From Octopus vulgaris (taxonomy: Eukaryota), in assembly GCA_951406725.2 (NCBI GenBank), contig OX597815.1, positions 188,790,001 to 188,854,000 of the forward strand: a stretch of DNA of 64,000 bases, written 5' to 3'. Numbering within the stretch: position 1 is the first letter of the stretch; each line of letters opens with the position of its first letter. Under the pieces are notes generated by a model. The model ran no database searches. It had not been told where the DNA came from and saw only the letters and a program-made list of their open reading frames with translations. Made by a program: the position numbers and the translations under genes. Below, piece after piece: positions 39,506 to 53,340 of the stretch.

Positions 39506-40483
39506 AAGCAGAGCCTGTCCCCCTCTCAAGCTCTATGAAGCTTGCTGAATAGGTAATGAAAGACTGGTGGGTGTTTTGGAAAATATATACTAAGAGACAA
39601 AGAGACAAAGTAAAAGATTTAGGGTAGATTGAAGAAGAAATTGATTTTGACTCTGAGTAACATGCAAGTGATGGGCTAATAAAAACCAATTTTAAATTCC
39701 CTTTTTTTTTTGTTTTGTGGCTGTTGCCAGTACCGCCTGACTGGCCCTCATGCAGGTGGCATGTAAAACCACCCACTACACTCTGAGAGTGGTTGGCGTT
39801 AGGAAGGGCACCCAGCTGTAGAAACTCTGCCAGATCAAGATTGGAGCCTGGTGCAGCCATCTGGTTCGCCAGTCTTCAGTCAAACCGTCCAACCCATGTT
39901 ATCATGGAAAGCGGACGTTAAACAATGATGATGATGATGATGATGAAGATGATGATGATGAAGATGATGATGATGATGATGAATTGCACCTTAGCTTCCA
40001 GGAGAACATGGGATATTTCTCACCTATTCTGTCATCTGAGTTGCTCATGGATACATAAAGAACAGAAGAATTTGATTATGTTTCTGGAATAAATGGAAGC
40101 AAAAGGCAGTCAACATCATGAAGGGCTCTGATCAAATTCAGGTGGCAGCTTCACATTATTTTGTGTAATATTTATACTTTCACATTCATGTGTCTCCATC
40201 CCAATGTATTCTTTTACTTGTTTCAGTCATTTGACTGCGGCCATGCTGGAGCACTGCCTTTTAGTCGAGCAAATCGACCCCAGGACTTATTCTTTGTAAG
40301 CCTAGTACTTATTCTATCAGTCTCTTTCACCGAACCATTAAGTTATGGGGACGAAAACAAACCAGCATCGGTTGTCAAGCGATGTTAGAGGGACAAACAC
40401 AGACACACAAACATACACACTCACATACATACATATATATATGTGTGTGTGTGTATATATATAAATATATATGTGTGTGTCTG

Positions 40484-40531
<48 letters not shown>

Positions 40532-41392
40532 TACATATATGTACATATATATGACGGGCTTCTTTCAGTTTCCGTCTACCAAATCCACTCACAAGGCTTT
40601 GGTCAGCCCGAGGCTATAGAAGAAGTCACTTGCACAAGGTGCCACACAGTGGGACTGAACCCGGAACCATGTGGTTCGTAAGCAAGCTACTTACCACACA
40701 GCCACTCCTACACCTATTATAAAATATCTTTGTATCATAACTGTTTTTCCCAAGCTCTATACGAACATCTTACATGGTTTCGTAACTTCCATTTTGTAGC
40801 ACATTGTTGTATGTATAAATTGTCTCTGGAGAAAAAATTAAGATTATTATAATTACTGATTTCAAATTTTGGCACAAGGCCAGAAACTTCAGAGAGTGAG
40901 TAAGTCGATTATATCGACCCCAAGAGCTAGACTGGTGCTTATTTAATGACCCCCGAAAGGAATGAAAAGCAAAGTCAGCCACAGTGGAATTTGAATTCAG
41001 AACATAAAGACAGATGAAATGTTACAAAGCGTTTTTTCTGAGATGCTAACGGTTCTACCAGTTTGCCGCCTTTATGGTTATTATGATTATTTTCACTTCT
41101 GAAGCAGTAATCTCTGTGTTTTGAGTTACTCATTTACTCTTTTACTTGTTTCAGTCATTTGACTGTGGCCATGCTGGAGCACCGCTTTTAGTCGAGCAAA
41201 TCGACCCCAGGACTTATTCTTTGTAAACCTAGTACTTATTTCTTCGGTCTGTTTTGCCAAACTGCTAAGTTATGGGGACGTAAACACACCAGCATCAGTT
41301 GTCAAGCAATGCTGAAGAGGACACAGGCACACAAACATATTCACACACATACATACATACATACATATATTTATTTATATATATATATATAT

Positions 41393-41620
41393 AGGGAGAA
41401 TTCATGAAAAGAACAAAAGGCGAAGACAGGTGGTGTAGAAAACAAACAGATGTTTTAGTATAACACTCAGGAATTGAAAAAGTCTTTTACGTTTCGAGCC
41501 TATGCTCTTCTACAGAAAGGAACACAGAAAGAAACAAGGAGAGAAAAAAATGTGTGTAGTGGCTACCGATCTATCATGGTGACTGCCAGACAGAAGGGTC
41601 ACACAGGAGAGCGTAGAAGT
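41393..41620 (-). mobile_element. Penelope-like family P1 copy inside the internal (TA)n of a SINE B
   Basis: SINE B 41133-41800 resumes on both sides. Confidence 0.65.
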
Positions 41621-42416
41621 ATATATATATACATATATATGACAGGCTTCTTTCAGTTTCTGTCAACCAAATCCACTCACAAGGTTTTGATCAGCCTGAG
41701 GCTATAGTAGAAGACACTTGCCCAAGGTGCCATGCAGTGGGACTGAACCCAGAACCATGTGGTTGGTAAGCAAGCTACTTACAACACAGCCACTCCTGCA
41801 CCAGATTATTTTCCAAACTTAGAAAAGATTTTCAGTTTTTTCATTTGTTTTAATCAAATTAGAGGATCCAGAAGAGAATGGAAGTCCAGATAATATTCCA
41901 AATATAATGAAGTTTATCAAAGACTTCAAATAACCGTTTTCTACTTTCAACTGCAACCATAGGTTTTTCTAAGGATTGAATGCTTAATTGTGCATGCCCA
42001 GTGGGTATTTAGAAACAATGTCATTTGCTAAATCTTTTAGGTTAGAAGAAATTGATATAATAGTCACCAGTAAGCTTTGGATAGAAAGAGAAGTCTCAAT
42101 CTCAGACAAGTTTTATGGAAGACAGACAAGAGCAGCAAGTTTAGAAGAGATCAAAGAACTGATTCTTTAATTGGAAATAAAAATTAGGAGAGAGAGTATA
42201 CATCCGGAGTGAAGAGTGATAGGAAGGCTGCAATTTGAAAACATTATCATTAAGAATGTAAATCTCACTGGGAGAGGGGGAGTGTTGGTATCTAGCTTTT
42301 ATTCCTTTATTTTCTATAGAATACCAGTCAGGTCAATAAAACACTATCCAAACAAAATTTATGTCCTTGAGCTAAAGTAATAAATCTGGATTAAGAACAA
42401 AGCTTTAATCTTTTAA

Positions 42417-42571
42417 CCCTTTTAATGCTAATATGTTTGAGTTCAGCTCTAATTCTATGTATCAAACAGCAGCTTAATAAGGATAGAGTTATTTTATTAA
42501 ATTATTAACTATTTTCAAAATTAATTAAAACAAAAGTGGTGTAATTAAACAGAAATATGGTAACAAAAGGG
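42417..42571. mobile_element. piggyBac-like MITE, deleted copy
   Basis: TTAA-CCCTTTT...GTAACAAAAGGG-TTAA. Confidence 0.75.
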
Positions 42572-43539
42572 TTAAATTTAGTTAAACACAGAAATTGTAT
42601 TGTGAATGGAAGAACAAGGAAGGCAAGACTGGCAAAGGTTTAGTCAAACATGTAAAAAGAATGATTGTACTGATTAAGGAGGCCCTTCATCAATGGTATT
42701 CCAGTCATGAGTACCTTGTCTAGTTTGTAAGTATTACATTGTCTGATGTACCCTTCACCTTTGAAAACAATACTATTTTACTCTTTTACTTGTTTCAGTC
42801 ATTTGACTGTGGTCATGCTGGAGCACCACCTTTAGTCGAGCAAATTGACCCCAGGACTTATTCTTTGTAAGCCTAGTACTTATTCTATCAGTCTCTTTTG
42901 CCGAACCGTTAAGTTACAGGGACCTAAACACACCAGCATCGGTTGTCAAGTTATGTTGGGGGGACAAACATACACACACACACATACACACATATATACA
43001 TATATACGATGGGCTTCTTTCAGATTCCGTCTACCAAATCCACTCACAAGGCTTTGGTTGGCCCAAGGCTATAGTAGAAGACACTTGCCCAAGATGCCAT
43101 GCAGAAGGACTGAACCCAGAACCATGTGGTTCGTAAGCAAGCTTCTTACCACACAGCCACTCCTATGCCTTTTTTTGGGAGGGGAGGAAAATTTAGCAGC
43201 TATTTACAGAGTATTGCCTGACCATGTAGAGGCTGCCTTACTGGCTGAGAGAATGGCAGGTATTTAAGACTAGTGGCAGAATAGAAGCAAAGAATTAAAG
43301 AAAAAAAAAGAGCATGATGACTTGTCATTTTCTTGGGTAAATCTAAATTTAATCTCTGTAATCCAATAATATTATTTTTTACATATTTCTTCCCTGTGAT
43401 GATATAAAGAATCAATATTTTGTCTCGTATTTACAAGGAAGGAGAAATATAATTGTGAGATTTTATCACACTTATATATCATTTTTTTCCTTTTTGGTAA
43501 CTTCAAAAACTTAAAAACGCAATATGCAATTTGTTTGGT

Positions 43540-43990
43540 TACTTTGTGGATCTGCCATTATGTTTCTTTAACTCTTTTACAACAGACAATTTTATTTGTT
43601 CTTTCTGAACACAATATGTTTTGTGTTTCATTATCTAAAGACAAAAATGTGTATTTAAAAAAAATTTTAATCTCAGATGGACACAACATGTAATATATTA
43701 GGGCTCTTTATGGGTACATGCAGATTTCTAAATTCTTTATGGATACAACAGTTTTCGTTCTGTCCTTGTGGGCTCAACATATGGACATTTTTATCCATTT
43801 TGGATACAACATGCAGTTTTCATGCTTTATTACACAACATGGTTTGGGTCCTTTCTGGATATATGCAGTGTTTTGGGGTCCTTAATGGACAGGATATGCA
43901 GCACTTTGAGTCCTTTATGGAGACAATATTCAGATATTTGGGTTCTTTGTGAACATAATGTATTCTGGAAGGTTCTTAGTGTAGATCATG
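43540..43990. repeat. Degenerate minisatellite, about 30-bp period
   Basis: Recurring CTTTATGGATACAACATGCAG-like units. Confidence 0.65.
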
Positions 43991-45175
43991 CATATAAGCT
44001 ACTCAGCATAAATTCAAAATAAAAATTCTATTTTAGATATCTTATGGTCTAGCAATAAACGTGTTAAAACACATTATGACCCACAGCAGTTTTTGTCAAG
44101 TAGTCGGTCCTCTTCATTATTTCCAAACTGTGTTGAACATGTTGTTTTCAGGGAGAAGGGATGGAGAAATGTAGCTAAAAACATTAGGATTTACTGTAGA
44201 ATAAATAAACTGAGGAGGAATTCAACTGTGATTCTATGTTAGAATCTTATTGAGTAAATATTTATTCAAACTCATAAAGTTTAAAGTCAAATTTTAAATT
44301 CAATATTCAGAAAGAATATTTGTTTTATTATAAATGAAATTGGATGTATTATAAGTCATATTTTTGCCAAGAAAAAAAAAAAAGAATTTTATTTTCATTT
44401 TCCACTTCAGAAGAAGGCAACAAACTGTGATGATATATTTAAGTGATAATAAAAGTTGTTCTGTAAGATTAACTATAATAAATTTGATTTATGCTTAAGG
44501 CTGTCAAATATCATTGAAAGCAAAGAGAAAACAAATTGAATTTATATTCTATTTCCCTTCAGTGATGGGTAAGCCAAGAATGAATGGCAAAAATATGTGT
44601 TTACATTTTCTAAGCAGTGTTTTTTTATGCAGATATACAAAGACAAAGTGAAAGACTTGGTTTCGTATATCTGCACAATAACACTCGGTTTAGAATGTAT
44701 AAGTACAATGAAAGCTGAAGAGTGTTTTAGAAAAGCATTACAATAGAACCACTCACTCCATAAACATTACCATAGACAAGAATAACACACCATCACTTCC
44801 ATAATTATTGATTTCTAACACTGGCACAAGGTCTTACGTTTATGGGGGATGTATAGTTTATTACTGTATTTCTCAAACTAGGTTATGCAAAAAAATTCTA
44901 AGGTTCCACAAAATAAGGGTTTTTAATAAAATTTGATGAAAATAATATCCTATAAAAATGGTATTCAACATTCAAAACTAACGTTATATGTTTTATATAT
45001 TACATGAATAATTTCTCTCCTTAAAAATATTCTTGTTTCATTTAATGTTTTACTAAAATTCAGGTGGTAAGAGTTGTCTTTAAAATATACATGTGAGTTC
45101 AGTGATTTCTGGTAAATTATATAAAGCAAAGTGTTGAATATCACAGCACTGAAAGTCAAAATGTAAATATACATA

Positions 45176-45413
45176 TTTCGTTTTTGGATTTGGTTTGCAA
45201 GATTCTTTATATGAGTTCGTGTGTTGAAGCATATTCTGTTGTGTCTGGGGAGAGTCATTTTCTTTTTGTGCCTTATAATATAACACACTCACTGGTAAAA
45301 TTTCCACTTATTTCTTATTTTTATTTTCCTGAAATTTTCGTTGCGTCTTGCAATAGTTTTCAATAGTTTTGAGTCAAAACTATTGAAAAGGTTTGACTCT
45401 CCCCAGACACAAC
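45176..45413 (-). mobile_element. Family P3 copy with inverted terminal pieces and 12-bp TSD
   Basis: TSD TAAATATACATA at 45164 and 45414. Confidence 0.75.
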
Positions 45414-46247
45414 TAAATATACATAACTAGGTAAAAAAGAAAAATATAGCCAGCCATCATTTGTGAGTGAGTTTTGCTGGTAATATTAATTATGCTTTTA
45501 AGGTGGCAAGCTGGAAGAACTGTTAGCAATACCACTCTTTCATTGTTTCAGGGTTGATAAAATAAGTACCAGTTGAATACTGGGGTTGATCTAATTGACT
45601 TACTCCCTTCCCTGCAATTGCTGGAATTGTGCTAAAATTTGAAATCAATATTAATCATGCTATTGCTAACTGTTTTATCTGGTTATATAGCCACAAGCAA
45701 ATAGATAAAACACTTAGCAAAAGTATGATTCATATTGATTTCAAATTTTTGCACAAGGTGAGCAATATCAGGGAGGTGCGTGGCTTAGTGGTTAGGGTGT
45801 TGAACTCATGATCATAAGGTTGTGGTTTCGATACCTGGACCGGGCAACGCGTTGTGTTCTTGAGCAGAACACTTCATCTTACGTTGCTCCAGTTCACTCA
45901 GCTGGTAAAAAGGAGTAATCCTGTGACAGACTGGCATCCTGTCCAGGTGGGGAATTTCTATGCCACTGAAACCGGCCCTTATGAGCCTGTCATGGCTCGA
46001 GAAGGAACATTTATATCAGGGAGGGGTAAGCTGATTATATCGACCCCAGTATTCAACTGGTACTTTTCTGGTTATGTAGGCACAAGCAAAGAGATATTCT
46101 CTCATACCTTAATCCAACAGAGTATGCAGGATGTGATAGCTGAAAGGAGAGAGGGCTACCCCAGCATATGGCTGGTATGCATTACAGCTGAGCAGACAAG
46201 AACAACATGGAATGAAGTGTCTTGCTTAAAAATACTTTGCACTATGC

Positions 46248-46633
46248 CAGGTGTTGGCAACCTTTTGATAATGGAGTACCAAACTTAGCTTCCAAAAGCA
46301 TTGTGCATGCCAATCTCATATTACTACTTTCATTAGTAGAATTTATGCTCTTGTAACTCACTATAACAGAAATCTATTTTATTAATACTTTAATAATTCA
46401 AATTGCATGGAAACAAATATAATTTTATTAAATTTTTTTTTAAAATTGGGGCAGTGATTTTTTTTTTAGGCATAGGAGTGGCTGTGTGGTAAGTAGCTTG
46501 CTTATGAACCACATAGTTCCGGGTTCAGTCCCACTGCATGGCACCTTGGGCAAGTGTCTTCTACTATATCCTCAGGCTAATCAAATCCTTGTGAGTGGGT
46601 TTGGTAGATGGAAACTGAAAGAAGCCCGTCGTA

Positions 46634-46673
<40 letters not shown>

Positions 46674-47435
46674 CGTGTGTATATGATTGTGTGTCTGTGT
46701 TTGTCCCCCTAACATTGCTTGACAACTGATGCTGGTGTGTTTACATTTCCGTAACTTAGCGGTTTGGCAAAAGAGACCAATGGAATAAGTACTAGGCTTG
46801 CAAAAAATAAGTCCTGGAGTTGATTTGCTCGACTATAGGCGGTGCTCCAGCATGGCAACAGTCAAATGACTGAAACAAGTAAAAGAGTAAAAGAGTAAAC
46901 AGTTAGGTTAAATTTATATAAATTAATGAGAACCTTGTCCCAATGCATTTTTGATAATTTCTCAATATTAGGTGCATGATTTGTGACTTTTAGCTTCATA
47001 CAAGCTTCCGAATGTTGAACTGTGAAACAACTTCTTTGCAATCTCCAAACAGATTTCATATGTGGAAAAATTTGTTTGCATGTATAAAGGGTGAAAGCAG
47101 AGCATATGAGATTTTCTTCAAAGAATTGACTCTTTCAGGCAATGACATCCAGTTATTGAAGACGGCAACAGACTTCTCCAAGCAGCTTCTTTCAAGAGTT
47201 TTTCGTAATTCCACAAATTTTGTTTTCCACAATTCTGAAGTTGTTAATCCAACCATTTCCATTTCAAAACTATCGATGTGCATCAACTCAAAACACGATA
47301 GATCAAATGGGTTCGTTTTCAAATCAATCAAGTTGGGTTTGACGAGAAAAGGAAATATAGGAGCGTAAGTTTCACCATTGTTAATTTGGTCCGCATGCCA
47401 TACATGGTACACACACCATAGGTTGCTGACACCTG
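46248..47435 (-). mobile_element. Non-autonomous hAT (Buster/Charlie-like) transposon with transposase C-terminal relic
   Basis: TIRs CAGGTGTTGGCAACCT / AGGTTGCTGACACCTG; 8-bp TSD CACTATGC/CACTACCC with central TA; relic SELWKTKFVELRKTLE...WMSLP...CEQIFSHMK...HSEACMKLK; inserted in a SINE C-like copy and itself carrying SINE B 46468-46897. Confidence 0.85.
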
Positions 47436-48863
47436 CACTACCCAATCCAAGAACTGAACTTAGAACTATATGGTCCTGAACTGTACGCCCTAACCACTAA
47501 GCCATGTACCTTCACATCTAACTAAACACCACATGACACTTTGTTCACAGCTCTATCAATTCTCCTAATAACATTATTAAAAAAATCTCAAACCCTGACC
47601 CATTGGTCATGTCATCACACTGTCAATCAAGCAATATCTTCAGATTGCCTCTTTTACCGTTGCTGTTATTGATTCTACTTTACCAAATATTTTGGCAGTG
47701 CTCTTTTTTTTTAGTTTATTTCTCATCTGTTTATTTTATGCTTCTATTTTCTTTCTAGTCTGGTGTTTTAAACATTATAAATAATCCTTCATTTAAAGGG
47801 CTGCATTGCCACTAAACTGCATGTAGCTGTATGCATTGTTACAAAATAATTTTTAAATATTTTTATTATCTGCCCTTGTTCTGCATGTGCCTTTATCCTT
47901 TCATTTGGTTGAGGTAAAGTAGAAGCCTTTATATGGTAGCTCAACCAGCAAGGAAATATTAGTTAAATCTTCCACAAATAGGCGTAGGAGTGGCTGTGTG
48001 GTAAGTAGCTTAGTACCAGATACGCACTGGGGATGATGTAACCGACTTAATCCCTTTGTCTGTCCTTGTTTGTTCCCTCTATGTTTAGCCCCTTGTGGGC
48101 AATAGAAATAAAAGTAGCTTGCTTATCAACCACATGGTTCCGGGTTCAGTCCCACTGTGTGACAACTTGGGCAAGTGTCTTCTGCTACAGCCTTGGGCTG
48201 ACCAAAGCCTTGTGAGAGAATTTGGTAGACAGAAACTAAAAGAAGCCCGTCGTATATATGAATATATATGTATGTGTGTGTATATGTTTGTCCCCTCAAC
48301 ATTGCTTGACAACCGATGCTCGTGTGTTTACATCCCCGTAACTTAGCAGTTCAGAAAAAGACAGATAGAATAAGTACTAGGCTTACAAAGAATAAGTCCT
48401 GGGTTCGATTTGCTCAACTAAAGGCGGTGCTCCAGCATGGCCACAGTCAAATGACTGAAACAAGTAAAGGAATGAAAGGGGTAAGGAGTAAATAACACCA
48501 TACTATCTTGAAAGAGGAAGGACACTTTAGATAATGAAGTAAATTGGATACAGAATTTAAATAAAATGAAATAGAATTGGTCACATGTCTTCTATCATAG
48601 GTCTAGTGAACATTTCAACTGGTCATGTAACCAAGAAAAGATCCTTATCTTTATATTCCGAAATGTAAACATGTTAATTTTAAAACTTTTCCACTTTATT
48701 TTCTGTCTGTTTCAATCATTTGACTGCGACCATGCTGGAGCACTACTTTGAAGAATTCTTAGTTGAATGAATCAACCCCTACCCAGGACTTATTTCTTTA
48801 TAAGCCTGGCACTTCTTTTATCTGTCTCTTTTGTCAAACCAATGCCAGATATATATATACATA

Positions 48864-48905
<42 letters not shown>

Positions 48906-49178
48906 CATCATCATCATCATCATCATCGTTTAACGTCCGCTTTCAATGCTAGCATAGGTTGGACAGTTCAACTGGGGTCTGGCAAGCCCGAAGGCTGCAC
49001 CAGGCCAGTCAGATCTGGCAGTGTTTCTACAGCTGGATGCCTTCCTAACGCCAACCACTCCGAGAGTGTAGTGGGTGATTTTATGTGCCACCGACACAGG
49101 TGCCAGATGAGGCTGGCAGACGGCCACGCTCAGATGGTGTTTTCTTATGTGTCACCGACACAGGTGCCAGACGAGATA

Positions 49179-49654
49179 TATCATTGCTGTTATGCAAAAG
49201 TGTTCTAAGTCCAAAACGTTTTTATAAGAAATGATAAAATAGTTTCATTATTCCATTGCAAAACCATTGTACTACACTTTGATAATTTTTGATATCCTGG
49301 CATCTAAAACAGCTGGAGATATGATAGTTTGATCAAAAGAATGGGCTATTGCAAGCAAAAAATAAATATTGAAACAAACTCATTTGGGCATATATATATA
49401 TATATCGTTGTTATTATGGAAAAGTGTTGTAAGTCCAAATTTTGCTTTTTTCAGATAACGAAAAAATAGTTTCACGATTCCATAGCAAAACCATTGCACT
49501 ACACTTTGATCATTTTTGCTATCTTGGCATCTGAAGCAGCTGGAGATATGACAGTTTGACCAAAAGGACCGGCTATTGCAAGCAAAAATATATATTACAA
49601 AAAAACATTTGGCCGAATTTGGACATACGAAAGTTTAACATAATAGCAACGATG
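49179..49654. mobile_element. TA-flanked MITE (49403-49654) preceded by a truncated tandem copy (49179-49388)
   Basis: TIR ATCGTTGTTATTATG...GTCCAAATT / AATTTGGAC...CATAATAGCAACGAT; the two units align along their length. Confidence 0.75.
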
Positions 49655-49669
49655 TATATATATATAGGT

Positions 49670-49858
49670 CACCATGATAGATCAGTAGCCACTACACACA
49701 TTTTCTCTCCTTGTTTCTTTTTGTGTTCCTTTCTGTGGAAGAGTGTAGGCTCAAAACGTAAAAGACTTTTTCAATTCCCGAGCGTTATACTAATATATCT
49801 GTTTGTTTTCTACACCACCTGTCTTCGTCTTTTGGTTTTTTCATGAATTCTCCCTATA
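49670..49858 (+). mobile_element. Penelope-like family P1 copy
   Basis: Matches 6786-6930; flanked by (TA)n. Confidence 0.6.
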
Positions 49859-50280
49859 TATATATACACACACACAATGGGCTTCTTCCAATTTCTGTCT
49901 ACCAAATCCACTGAGAAGGTTTTGGACAACCTGAGGCTATAGTAGAAGATTCTTGGCCAAGGTGCACACAGTGGGACTGAACCTGGAGTCATGTGGTTGG
50001 GAAGCAAGCTTCTTACCACACAGCCACACCAGTACCTAAGTTATTTTTTCTGCCTTCCATTAGTTTTAACGTTTTTTTTTTTATTGCTTATCCTTTTGAC
50101 TTAATAAATTCTTGATTTTCAGGAAATGCACTTAAAAATGAAGACAGAATCAAGGAAAAATACATCTGCACAAAAATGTGGGTGGATAAGTCTATCTATA
50201 AGCAATTACACGAATATATTTATAAATACATGTAAACAAACCATTATTTATTCCTTCATAAAAACCAACTTTTTATATTT

Positions 50281-50316
<36 letters not shown>

Positions 50317-52352
50317 CACACATGTATAGACACTTAAACACACTGATTAGTGAGATAGAACACCTGCAACATTTCTGATAGGTTTAAAAATATGTTCATT
50401 TTTGTGGAATTCAAATTCTTTATTGTGTTCAGTTTTTAAAAATGGAAAACAGAATTGATATTTATTCATAACCAAAATTTAATAATCAATACTTATACGA
50501 CTCTCTTAAAGAGTTTTAATCTCTCGTAGCTATACTGTCAGAAAGTATTTTCTGTAGTGCAGTCTTTAACATTCTTCTTTTCATTGGTGGATTGGTAGAA
50601 TAATTAGAGCATTAACAAAAGGTCCTTTACATTCTGAGTTCAAATATCACCAAATCAATTTTGCCTTCCATCCTTTCGGGTCAATAATGTGAAATATAAG
50701 TCAATAACGGAGGTCAATTTAATTGACTGGCATCTTCTAAATTTCATTAAACGGGGAGACTATGACAGAATCCTGAATGGTCAGAGAAAGAGATTCTAGA
50801 GATGAGATTCTAGGAAGAGAATGAGATTCTAGGAAGGAAGGAAGGAAGGAAAGATTGGAGGAAGGACTAGGTAAGTCGAGAGACCTGTAGTGGAGGGAAA
50901 ACAAGGGTGATGAGAGTTACTTGAACAACTAAAAATAGCAACTAAATCCCTCTTAAATCAAAACCTACCATCTCAAAATAGGAAGAATACCTTGGATAAT
51001 GTAGCCTTGGATAAAATATGGGACAATGCTGCTAGAAAGCCTTTGAATTATAGATCAGCTTAATGAGGAGAGACTTGGGGTTAAATAACAAGACTCTCTT
51101 ACTCTTTTACTTGTTTCAGTCATTTGACTATGGCCATGCTGGAGCATCGCCTTTAGTTGATCGAGCAAATCGACCCCAGGACTTATTCTTTGTAAGCCTA
51201 GTACTTATTCTATCGGTCTCTTTTGCCGAACCACTGAGTTACGGGGACGTAAAAACACCAGCATCGGTTGTCAAGTGATGTTGGGGGTGGACAAACACAG
51301 ACATATACACACATACATATATATATATATACACATATATACGACAGGCTTCTTTCAGTTTCCATCTACCAAATCCACTCACAAGGCTTTGGTTGGCCCG
51401 AGACTATAATAGAAAACACTTGTCCAAGGTGCCACACAGTGGGACTGAACCTGGAACCATGTGGTTCGTAAGCAAGCTACTTACCACACAGCCACTCCTA
51501 TGCCTATGTAAACTGAAAGAAAGCTGAAATTAAAGAAAAATACAACAAAAACTGTCAAATAAAAAAATTTCTAGAAAGTAACCAGATTGGGCAGAAATTA
51601 CTATCACAAAACTCTTTATTTTTGTAGAAGGGAAGTTAGAATAAAGTATGTGCACTCTAAGCAGGAAAATATTACGTTGCTTTCAAATTTTCGCACAAAG
51701 CCAGCATTTTAGAGGGAGGAGTAACTCATATACATTGACTCCAAAAGGATGAAAGGCAAAGTCAATCTTGATGGAATTTTAACTCAGAGCACGAATATGG
51801 ACAAAATACTGCTAAGCATTTTGCCTGAGTTACTAAGAATTCTGCCAGTTTGCCTCCTTAGGAAAATATCATATTGATTTCAAATTTTGGCTCAAGGCCA
51901 ACAATTTTGAGAAAAGGTTTAGAGTTGGTTACATCGACCCCAGTATTCAAGTGGTACTTATTTTTTTCAGTTATGCAAGGATGAAAGCCAAAGTCTGCCT
52001 TGGCAGCATTTGAACTCAGAACTTAAAATGGAAAAAATACCTATTTCTTTATTACCCACAAGGGGCTAAACATAGAGGGGACAAACAAGGACAGACATAG
52101 GTATTAAGTCGATTACATCGACCCCAGTGCGTAACTGGTACTTAATTTATCGACCCCGAAAGGATGAAAGGCAAAGTCAACCTCGGCGGAATTTGAACTC
52201 AGAACGTAGCGACAGACGAAATACCGCTCAGCATTTCGTCCGGCGCGCTAACGTTTCTGCCAGCTCGCCGCCTGGAAAAAATACCACTAAGCATTTTGCC
52301 AGGTGTGCTAACAATGCTGCTAACTTGCTGCCTTAGAAAAATATTATATTAA

Positions 52353-52574
52353 CCCTTTCGTTACTGTATTTATTTTTAGATGCTCTGTGTTTCTTTCCAT
52401 TAATTTTAGATATAACAAAGAATTTAGTAAAATAACTTAGTTATCATTAAGCTAGTGTTAGGAACGTAAATTGTGACTAAGGTTTGGTGGAAGATTTTAA
52501 TTCAAAACTTATAAAAACAAGACACTTGTACTACCGAGCCAGAGGTGGTTTCAGTTGGGCTGGTAACAAAAGGG
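52353..52574. mobile_element. piggyBac-like MITE, 222 bp, followed by a partial tandem copy (52595-52780)
   Basis: TTAA TSD, TIR CCCTTTYGTTAC. Confidence 0.88.
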
Positions 52575-53144
52575 TTAAATTAATCATTTGTTAATCCTTT
52601 TGTTACCATATTTATTTTGAGATGCTCTGTATTTCTTTCCATTAATTTTAAATATAACAAAGAATTTAGTAAAATAACTTAGTTATCATTAATCTAGTAT
52701 TAAGAACATAAATTGTGACTAAGGTTTGGTGGAAGATTTTAATTCAGAACTTATGAAAACAAGACATTTGTGCTACAGAGATTGAGATTGAATCATAATT
52801 CAGTAGTATGCTGTTATAAAGCAATGGGTTTTGTGAATTGCCTCTCAAGTTCAGATGGAAAACCTTGATAGTGCTGTGTATGCAGGCATTACCAGAGTAT
52901 TAAACAATAAGCTTTCTTCTTCAGTTTTCATAAGCTCCTTATGCCTTGTGGAGCTAATATGTATTGGTGAGCAGCATTTAAATGTCTGCAACAGAATCCT
53001 GTATAAGTCTTGTATTTTAATTTATTATTAAAAAAGACATTCCTTTGGTGATGGTATCATGAAAGTGAAAATGAAAACTGTTTTGCTTTATTTATTTGTT
53101 CAGAAATTTCCTCCAATATTTTTTGGGTCAGCTGAACAGTGAAA

Positions 53145-53340
53145 CACAGAGTCACACACACACACACAGAGAGTCTCACACACACACACACACACACAGA
53201 GTCACACACACACACACACAGTCTCACACACAGAGTCTCATGCACACACACAGAGTCTCACGCACACACACAGAGTCTCACACCCACACAGACACACACA
53301 CACACACACAGAGTCTCACACACAGAGTCTCACACATACA
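53145..53340. repeat. (CA)n-derived minisatellite with CAGAGTCT interruptions
   Basis: About nine AGAGTC(T) motifs separated by variable CA runs. Confidence 0.9.

Noticed and set aside
39116-39860. Poly-D, poly-S and poly-M ORFs
   Set aside because: Expanded (GAT)n LINE tail.
39995-40150. Second PDZ-like relic (GEHGIF, SGING, AVNIMK)
   Set aside because: Needs several frameshifts and stops; indistinguishable from chance by eye.
44632-44745. TPR-like AEECFRKAL
   Set aside because: Spacing to the upstream LG does not fit a TPR and the motif is isolated.
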